In this document: positions 54,286-64,000 of the stretch, piece by piece
Layout: every line of letters begins with the position of its first letter
Numbering within the stretch: position 1 is the first letter of the stretch
Assembly (NCBI GenBank): GCA_021613535.1
Contig: CP075494.1
Span: forward strand, 5,704,001-5,768,000
DNA length: 64,000 nt
Direction of reading: 5' to 3'
Source: Adineta vaga
Lineage: Eukaryota > Animalia > Rotifera
Position numbers and translations under genes: made by a program
Notes under the pieces: model-generated
What the model saw: only the letters and a program-made list of their open reading frames with translations
The model's database searches: none
Told to the model about the DNA's origin: nothing

Positions 54286-55390
54286 TTAGGTATTTGTAAA
54301 TGGATGATTGGCAATCCATGATACACCAGCTCTTCTTATAGGATTTCCTACCAACGTATGAACAAGAATATCAAGAAGTTGAGGATCAGATGTTGGATAT
54401 TGATTAAATGGTGGACGATGATATGGAGGATTATATTCAGGTGCAGTCATGTAAGTCATACGATAAAGTATAGCACCCCATGACCAAGCATCTGCTCTTG
54501 TTGTAAGCATTTTAACATATGGAATATGTGATGTGACTTCAGGTGCTGAATATGGTGGAATACCATTTGGTCTTGATCTATTCAAAAAAATTAATAGTAG
54601 AGTTAGGTTATAAGACAATATGATCGATCGAACATACATTTGTAAAGCGCGTCTAGCAATACCAAGATCACTTAATTTGACTATTCCATTATGAAATACA
54701 ATAATATTTTCTGGTTTTATATCTCGATGCACCTACAGAGAACAAATGAAATATTGCCAAAGAAGTTTCACATCAAACAACTCATTACGATTTTAGACGT
54801 ATGAAGATTAACAGCAATATCTACAAGTTGTCGCCATAATAGTTTTCTCTCTGTTGACGAAAGTTTTGATTTTCCTCCAAGATATTTTTCTAGATCTTGC
54901 TGACCAAGTTCCATAACAAGATATGCAACGCCTAATTGGGGATCAAAATCAACAGCATACATGTAAACTACTCGAGTCGTTAAATTAGACAATTCTCTTG
55001 TTTTTTGGAATTCATTAATAACAGATTCAGAATTTCGATGTGCTTGTTCCTCAGTCCCTGTTGCTAAAGTGATAATTTTGATAGCAACAGGTTTATCTAA
55101 GTGAATAAATTAGTTAGTTTTCTTCGGAGAAAAACGATATTAAAGTAAACCGACTATCTCGATGTCGACGTGCTGTATAAACATAACCAAAAGCACCATT
55201 CCCAAGAAATTGATCAAAAGTATATTGATCTTTATATATACTACACGTTCTTCTTTCCATTGCTATCAAATGAACGCCAGGATTTTTATCATTTAGATTA
55301 AACCTAACTTCTATGGATTAAAGTAAGACTTTGTATTATGAAAAGAAAGAAATTAAGATTATTTTTCTTACTTTTACGAAATGCACACAT
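54286..55390 (-). CDS. Kinase array member K2, Ser/Thr kinase
   Basis: LGNGAFG, VAIK, HRDIKPEN, DLG, YSAPE. Confidence 0.85.
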
Positions 55391-56090
55391 ATTATATCTA
55401 ATATACGTTTACTAAACTACTGACAATAGCAAATCATACATATGAATAGAAAGTGATCGATAAGACGGATGTAATGACAAACAAAATAACATATTATACG
55501 ACCGTGCGTCTTATGACGGTAAGTAGTAATAGTGGGTATTTTCCAATCGTCTTTTTATTGAGATAGATAAGTGACATTAGAGGTGATATAAAAAGAAACT
55601 TTTCAACAAGATGAATAACTATGAATCATTAATTATCTGATAAATATTTATTATCTATTTAGAATTCTTGATCGATGGAAGAACGGATCGTTTATATGTA
55701 TAAAGTAGTTTTCATGTAATATAGGAGCGTTTCCGAATAGTTGAATATGGGTGTGACTGTAAAATAAGTAGAGTTGATTTTTACTGCTATGGACTCGATA
55801 CAGATATTTCAAGTTATTTTTACATTTGTCGATTTTACGCATAATAGAACTGCGCATTTCGAAAATGATGTAAAGATCGATCTATCAGTGAATTCAATGA
55901 CACAGAATATAAATTTCAAGGTGCACCTGAATTTCAGAATGTAATACTTCGTTTAAGTAAGGAAAACATATTTTAATGTCTATTCACCGATGTATATTAG
56001 AACAAAAAACAAAAAATTCAATACATTTAATCACAGATCTTAGGAAAAAGGACAAGTTTGTCTATGATTTATGAATATGAAAATATGTTT

Positions 56091-57207
56091 TTAATTCGTT
56101 ATTGTATATGGATGTTTGGCAAGCCATGCAACAGTCGCTCGATCATTTGGACTTCTGATAAGTGTATGTCGAAGAACATCAAGAAGATGTGTATCATGTG
56201 TAATACGTCGATCGGGAGGAGGACGATAGTAAGGTTCATCGAGAGGTGGGCGTGCCATGTATGTCATACGATAAAGTACAGCGCCATAGGACCAAACATC
56301 TGTTTTTGTGGTAAGTATTGTTGGAACAATGGCTGAAGTTACTTCAGGTGCTGAATAAGGACGACTACCGGTTCGTTCAGTTCTAAATTTTGAAAGAGAA
56401 ATTCATTACTTTTTATAATACAAACTCGAATCAAAGAAAATTACTTTTGAAGAACACGTTTTGCTATACCAAGATCACCTAATTTGATAATATCACCTGG
56501 AAACATAATAAGATTCAATGGTTTGATATCTCGATGTACCTATTCATCAAAATAATTCTTATCAGAAAAAAAAGTCAAATAAAATCAATCAAATTACAAT
56601 TTTCGCTTGATGAAGAGTGACAGCAATATCCATTAATTGTCGCCATAATGATTTTCTAATTACCGGTGAAAGATGCGATTTTTGAGAAAGATATTTTTCT
56701 AAATCTTGTTGACCAAGTTCCATAACAAGATATGCAACACCTAATTGAGGATCAAAATCAACATCAAACATACGTACAATATGATCGGTTGACTTAGTTA
56801 ATTCTCTTGATTTTTCAAATTCATTAATAACAGATTCAGAATTTCGACGTGACCGTTCGGGACTGTTCGCCATTAATGATACAACTTTGACAGCAACTAA
56901 TTTTTCTAAATAATTAGAGAAAATTTTCATTTTCAAACAAAGTATTGCTTCGAATAAGATAAACTACGATCTGGATGTCGACGCGCTGAATAAACAAAGC
57001 CAAATGATCCATTGCCACGATATTCATCAAATGTATATTGTTTTTTATGAATTGTCCATGTTTGTCTTGCCATATCTACTCGTTTAATATCGTTATTATA
57101 AGCATATGAACGTGGTTTTCTTCTAAATCTTGGGGTCAAATCTATTTGAAAATAGTAAATCAATGATGTTTTCAATTGAATTTCTTACCGTAATGAAAGG
57201 CACACAT
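56091..57207 (-). CDS. Kinase array member K3, Ser/Thr kinase
   Basis: RGNGSFG, VAVK, HRDIKPLN, DLG, YSAPE. Confidence 0.85.
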
Positions 57208-57703
57208 GTTCGATGATTTCTTTATAAAGTTTTATTAGTAGAAGAGTCAAATGATGTTGTTAAAACGCGATGAATAGGAATGACAAAAATGTATATCATA
57301 TTGTAATATATATTAATAGCAAGAAATTGGCATGACATGCATGTGTAACCTATCGATGATGAAAGTTACGAACTAGAAAAACATGTTATTTATATTAGTG
57401 TTAATGGAAAGTAGAACGGTTGATAATTTGTGAATCATATTTTGCTGATAAGTAATCAGAAATCATATCTTTTCAAGATGGTGTACAATTAAAATGTTGA
57501 AGTGATATCGTAATGAATTGTGGAACAAATGAAAAAAATTATTTATAACAATATTGAAGAACAAAATTCGCTTTTTTTAGAACAGAAAAATATTCAAGAA
57601 AAACTAATTATTACGAGCAAAAGTAAATGACTCAGTTTATATCAGGATTATATGCGATTCATTTATCATGAATAATAAATTCATTGAAATCGACATCAAA
57701 TGT

Positions 57704-58839
57704 CTAATGTAGTACTGTATATGGATGGTCAATAAACCAATATGCATTTGGTCGTTCTCTTGGATCAAGTACAAGTGTATGTCGAAGAATATTACGAAGA
57801 TGTGGATCACGTGTTGAATGTTGATTGAGTGGTGCACGATAGCATGGTTCATGATAATCAGGAGGTGCCATGTAAGTCATACGATATAGTACAGCACCCC
57901 ATGACCAAACATCAGCTTTTGATGTATTTAATGTTATATGATGATGTGCAATAAGTGTTACTTCTGGTGCTGAAAATGGTGCACTACCATTAGGTCCAAT
58001 TCTAAAGAAATCAAGAAAAGAAAAAGATCATGTTTGAGAATTCGGACGAATAGTTAACTATTATTACCTTTGTCCATAAGCTCGTTGAGCAATACCCATA
58101 TCAACTAATTTGATAAGACCACCATGAAATAGAACAAGATTTTGTGGTTTAATGTCGAAATGCACCTATAACGACAACAAAAAAAAGAACATGATCAAAT
58201 GTAATTATGAGAAAACAAAAACTGAAACGAATTACAATCAAATTATTTTCAAGTGTAATCGCAATATCGACTAATTGTTTCCATATTGCTTTTCTTTCTA
58301 CAGGTGAAATTGCCATTCGATTTGAAAGATATTTTTCCAAATCTTGTTGACCAAGTTCCATAACAATAAACGATAATCCTGTTTGATAATGAAAATCGAA
58401 ATCATACATATGTATGATATGATTCGATGTTTGAGCTAATCGTCTTGCCATTCGAATTTCATTGAGAACTGCTTCAGAATTTTGAGCTATTAGAGCATTA
58501 TTTTTTGTTGCTAATGATATGACTTTAATAGCAACTGGACTATCTATGTTTAGTAGAAACTTTACAATCAATGAAGAGTGCTGCATAAATTTTACATACC
58601 ATCAATCATGCGTCGTGCTGAGTAGACAGCACCATATGCACCATGACCAAGCTTCTGATCAAAATTATATTCATACCCATTGATAGGAAGGATTGTACGT
58701 TCGAGTGGTATTGAAACAATTGTAAAACGCGATCGATTTTTAGAAGATTTATCTCTGACTTAGAAAAAAACGAAATCTTTTTTAATCGAAGAATGAATAC
58801 ATATGAATAAAAATTCTTACTATAACGAAACGCACACAT
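57704..58839 (-). CDS. Kinase array member K4, Ser/Thr kinase (non-RD)
   Basis: LGHGAYG, VAIK, HFDIKPQN, DMG, FSAPE. Confidence 0.85.
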
Positions 58840-59127
58840 TTTCAACTCAATATGGTCTCTAAACGTGACAAATGTAAACGGACAGTTTCATGCTTAACAA
58901 TGAACGTAAAAAAAAAGAATGGAAAAAAGGACATATTTGATACATTGATTGATAATATAGTGACAACATATCGGTGAAGAGAGAGAGAGAGAAAATAAAA
59001 GAAAATGATAACGAAATAGAATGATGTAAACTAAAATAATTTGTAAGTTTGAAAAATGAGAATTTTTCTTTATGGTCCTAACATATGATGTACAGTGAAC
59101 AATTTGAAAAAGAGAAAAACGCCTTTT

Positions 59128-60241
59128 CTAATTAAATGTCGTATAGGGATGTCCTGCTAACCATAATGGATTAACTCTTTTTATTGGATTCATAACGAGT
59201 GTACGTCGAAGAACGCCACGAAGCTGTAGATCACGTGTTGGACGTTGATTGTTTGGAGAATAAAAACATGGCTCCCCATATCCAGGATGTGTCATATAGG
59301 TCATTCGATAGAGTACAGCACCCCATGACCAAGCATCTGCTTTTGATGTAATCTTTGCGGTATGATGTGGAGAAGTTACTTCAGGTGCTGAATAGAAAAT
59401 AGTACCACCAGGTCCAGTTCTAAATAAATCATCAATTGTTTAGATGTTTACATAAACAAAAAAAAAGAAATATTACTTGTCTAGATAAGCTTGTTGAGCA
59501 ATACCGAGATCTGCTAATTTGACGATACCATTTGGAAAGACGATTAAATTTTGAGGTTTAATATCTCGATGTACCTTAACATGAGAAGTTATTATAGAGT
59601 AGAATTATAAAGAAAAGTAAAAGCTATTTACAATTTGAGACTGATAAAGAGTAACAGCAATCTCAACAAGTTGTCTCCATATACTTTTTCTCTCATTCGG
59701 TAAAAGATATGCTCGTTGTGAAAGATATTTTTCTAAATCTTGTTGGCCAAGTTCCATGACAAGAAACGATAGACCTGTCTCATGAAAATCAAAAGCATAC
59801 ATGTGTATCATATGATTCGATCTTTGAGATAAATGTCGGCTCATTTCAAATTCTTTTAGGACAGATTTTGCATTGGCAGCCGCTACGGAAAAATCTTTTG
59901 TTGCTAATGAGACAACTTTTATTGCTACTGGCATATCTATATTGATGAACATGGTTTAGTTTTGCTAGAAAACAATCGAAAAAATGAATTCACTTACTAT
60001 CTGGATACCGACGTGATGCATATACAGCACCAAATGCACCTTTACCTATTTTTTTATCGAATCTATAATGAGATCCCTTAATAGATATTGTTCGATTTTC
60101 CAATGGTATATTAACGATTAAGTATTGTTGTTGATCTGGAACTTCTTCTCCTTTAATGAATGAATGAATAGATGAAATAGTTTATATTGAATTATATAAT
60201 CTTTATTGTATAGAAATCTTACTATAATGAAAAGGCAACAT
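59128..60241 (-). CDS. Kinase array member K5, Ser/Thr kinase
   Basis: [27 protein letters not shown]. Confidence 0.85.
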
Positions 60242-60703
60242 GCTTGACTGTATTTGAGCTATAATATCGATTTTTTTAATAATTGAAAAGAACGAGCATT
60301 CTATGTCAATATAAACGGATGTGAGTAATGATTATAATATTGAAAGAAAGGTAAAATTACAGCATATGATAAAGGAGTAACGAACGTGTGACAAGCTAAT
60401 ATGTTTAGTTGGAGAAAACCTATATAGTGAATGGTAGTCATTGATAATATATATTGTATATAGTTGAAAAGGTACTTTCCAACATTCGATATGATTCATA
60501 GATCGACTGATAGAGAAGTGATATTTGTATTAAAATGCATTTATTGATAGATGGAGATAATGGGAAATCACAGCATACGAAATCCAGATCCGACGTATGT
60601 ATTTTATCAAAATAAGAGTTTTAAAATGTTTTTTTTGTGAATATTCTCAAGAAAGCTGTTTTGTAGTGGACATTTTCCTCCTATGTTTTCATACACAGAC
60701 AAA

Positions 60704-63394
60704 ATGACAGATTTTCTACGCTCGTTTGTAATTGAGCTTCTCGACAAATTTACTATACTATTTGAGATCTGAATGTTCAACGTTATTTAGTTTTTCATAC
60801 ATTATTTTTCAGGTTGAGTACATCAGACTCAGTATCAAATGACACTAGTCGTGTAACAGCAGACATATTAAAAGATCTATGTAATTGTAATCCAAGATCA
60901 GCGACGCCCAAAGATCGTTTACCACATGATTGCTATATGATTACAATCGGCCATTTGCGCTCTGAACATCTGATGAAATTAAAGGAAATGAATGAATCGC
61001 ACGGAATCAAATCATTCAAAGAGGAAGATGAAAATCAATCGGAGTATTCAATATTAAGTTCGGAAAACGTTGAATCGATATTGGAATATATGGCAATAGA
61101 TAGTCTAACGGAACAATTGCAGAATCAACGAAAACGTTATTTTGTTTATGAAGATAATTTTAATTCAGCTCTAATCGATTTGATTAAAGCAAATTCATCA
61201 TTTGAAAAACTTAAACAAGTGTGCAGTAAATTTTAGCAGCGAGATGGAATTAATCTGACCAGGGTCATGGCTGAACATGAGGAGCGAGTGGATTTATCTT
61301 ACTTGTATTTTCGTGAGAAAAACTTGTCAGATGACGAAGCAAAAGCTTTGGCATTTTCACTTTCATTCTACACTGGCACAAAGAGTGAGACATGCAACCG
61401 TGGCGCTAGTCTTATTGCTCGTACAGGTAATGGAGAAGTGATTGAACCGAGAACAGCAAACGAAATCAATGAAGCGGCTATTATTTTATATTATTTGGTT
61501 AAATCTCTATCATACATACCATTCTATTGGGGATATGTTACACGTGCATGTCAACTAACATTTCATGAATTATCTATGTATACACCTGGTCGTTTGATTA
61601 CTTGGATTCAATTCAGTAGTTCAAAAAAAGGTAAAAAAGTAGTTAATAATACCAGTTTTAAAGAACGGAATACACTTTTTAAAATCTTCTCATTGACGGG
61701 TCGTTCGATTAAACAATTCTCTAATTATCCGGAAGAAGATGAAGTTTTATTTTTACCACATACGACGTTCCTTGTCTTTAATCGGAAAACATTTAGCAAT
61801 CAACAAAAAAATGTCATCTATATGCGACAAGTCGAACTTGGCCTATGTGAATGGTCAGTTTTATGGGTAGATGACGAGATATTCAGTGAAGATTGGGAAA
61901 AAAAACAACATATGGAATATGTAGCTGCTTCAGCACTTGATATGAACGTTCATTTTATTGCAAAATCGTCTACTGACAGTGCCTTATCATTTCTTCAATC
62001 TGTATTTGGACAACGTCTGAAAAATTGTGATACATTTCGAATTGTTACTGATATGAATCGACGTAATGAAGTACCTGTTCATAATGCAGGTGCACGATTG
62101 ATTAAAGCAGTAAGACAAATGGGTTTTAAAAATAAATGTTTGATTTTCACCAGTAACCAAAAACGAGCTCAACAAATCCTTAATTCTGAACTAATTTCAA
62201 AAGAACGACAATCTGTTTTTGTATCTACTAAAATTGAAGATCTACGAAATTTTGTGAACTTCGATCGAGTGATGACGAGCGCACAAGAATCAACTACTCA
62301 AAAATCAAAAGGATCAGGTAAGAAGTTTAGTTAAAAATTCTCATAACTTCTTTCTATCTCTTTGTTACAGCAAATGATTCAAATGCCTCTACAACCACGA
62401 TTCCTTCTGCTGCAGTATATCAAAGTACCGTTGGTAATAATGCTATCACAACTTCTATCAACGCAGAAAATGAAATGATGCATAATAGAGAAAATACTGA
62501 CATAAGCATGTTGATGAACAATTGTTACTTACGAAACTTAACTGATAGTCCTCACAAGTAAGCTTTAATTTGGAAAATAGATCCTGATAGACTGAGTCAC
62601 CGATTGTATTTTTCCTTAAATAACTTAGTACTTTTTATATAGTTGTGTTCTACTTACTACTGGCTCTTTGAATCCTGTTCATCCTTTACATCTTCAAAAT
62701 CGTCTACATGTCAAACAGTATCTTGAAAATGAACATCAGCCACCATGGAATGTTATTGCAGGATATGTTTCACCAACACAGTATGTTATTTTGAATTTCT
62801 TTTAACTCTCCAATGATTATCATTGTCGTTGTCTGTTTAAGTGATAAATATGTGCGTTCAAAATTAGGTGATCTTCATTGGATTCCTGCTAAAGATCGAT
62901 GTCAGCTATGTAAACAAGTTATCGAATTTGAAACTTCAGAAATATCATCTTGGGTTGATGTTTCTCGAGGTGAAAGTGAATGGAAAGAGGGTTTCGTTGA
63001 TTTCGATCCTGTGACGAAAAGTTTTCGTGATTTTCTCAACATAACACTTGTTGATCAAGAAAAACTTCTCAAATATCCATTGCATGTAGTTTATGTTTGT
63101 GGATTAGATCATTATAACAAATGTGCTGATGTTGAACGAATGGTACAACAAGAAAACATCTTGTGTGCTGTGGTTTATCGTGTAGGTTATGATGAGAAGA
63201 AGATAAATAGTTCGTTGCAATCATCTGGTGTAATCTATATTCCACTATTAGAAAAGCGTGCAAAACTCGAACATGTTAGTTCAACACAGATTCGACGATA
63301 TTTTCAAAATCCAACAGGTATTGCAACCAATATTGAGAAGAATATCTATCCGGTTGTTTAGAATTATATGAGTAAAAAGTATAAGAAAGAATAA
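60704..63394 (+). CDS. ADP-ribosyltransferase + receiver-like domain + NMNAT-like nucleotidyltransferase fusion (possibly disabled by in-frame TAGs at 61234 and 63359)
   Basis: Predicted introns 60724-60812, 62318-62370, 62558-62642 and 62781-62841 keep the frame. ART: VTRAC, QFSSS, EEDEVL. Receiver-like: VLWVDD, IVTDM, AGARLI, CLIFT. NMNAT-like: TGSLNPVHPLH, GYVSPTHDKYV, YVCGLDH, VSSTQIR. Confidence 0.78.
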
Positions 63395-63673
63395 TTCACA
63401 ACATTTACGATACAGTCTGATTCCATACATGAACTTTTGTTATTTACTTTTTATATCAATATAACAAACATCACAGTATATAATAGTCGTCATTATTTGA
63501 TTGTACGATAGTATACTAAATAGTAATACAAATATATTTATTTCAAGTAGAGCAAAAAAAACAAACTAGAATATTACGTAAAAAACTACACGATGATCAA
63601 TAAAGAAAAAATTTTAAAAAATGCACACACACTGAATTTGCTAAAAAATCATATACATATTTTTATTGAAAGT

Positions 63674-64000
63674 TTAACGTGGACGAACTGAACTAGCACG
63701 AATGGTTGAAGCAGCACGAAAATTGACTGTTGATTCGCGTGTTTCACGCTAAATAAAGAGGTATTAGCAAAGTTTTTTCGTCAGGAATCATCTCTTCTAC
63801 TTACTGCTGGAGATGTACGACTCATACTAACAGAAGAGCGATTTTTAGCACGTAATTTACCAAGTTGATTTTCTGCCACATCAGCTCGTTCAGCTGAATC
63901 CTCTGTAGAAGAGAAAGTTTCATGTATTATTATCTTCTATTAGTGTTTTATTCCTACTTACCAAGTTCAGTTTGAACTTTACGATATTTCGCTAAATTAA
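63674..64000 (-). CDS. Mhc: Myosin II heavy chain, last exons (5' part outside the window)
   Basis: NLAKYRKVQTEL|EDSAERADVAENQLGKLRAKNRSSVS...|RETRES...RASSVRPR*, a typical end of the myosin rod and tailpiece. Confidence 0.85.

Noticed and set aside
55620-55990. Possible DNA-transposon or MITE remnant (TACAGTC-like end on the minus strand near 55761) and the 68-aa ORF
   Set aside because: No matching second inverted repeat, target-site duplication or transposase motif was found.

Overview
AT-rich, gene-dense animal genomic DNA with many short (~45-90 nt) spliceosomal introns. The gene content (lineage-expanded orphan class-A GPCRs, ADP-ribosyltransferases, CAR/NRPS-like enzymes, bacterial-type enzymes carrying introns) points by inference to a bdelloid rotifer. 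About 38 genes or gene remnants can be supported. Conserved metazoan genes: FAM193, XRCC4 (missed by the ORF track; one of its introns hosts a whole antisense gene), an RBR E3 ligase, BRI3, a PAQR receptor, NTHL1, MRPL32, STOML1, TMEM42, FEM1, PAK and the 3' end of a myosin heavy chain. These are interleaved with accessory, probably foreign-derived genes. The most unusual items: (1) a multi-exon ADP-ribosyltransferase + response-regulator-receiver-like + NMNAT-like fusion (60704-63394); (2) two ZZ-zinc-finger/carboxylic-acid-reductase (A-T-R) genes homogenised in patches (36997-47444); (3) between them, two disabled copies of a stand-alone bacterial polymorphic-toxin-like HNH/EndoVII nuclease domain; (4) a five-copy kinase array that includes a pseudokinase; (5) an operon-like run of four housekeeping genes with a same-strand CDS overlap. 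No rRNA, tRNA, CRISPR array or intact transposon was recognised. All exon boundaries were read by eye, and all family assignments come from motif recognition, not database searches.
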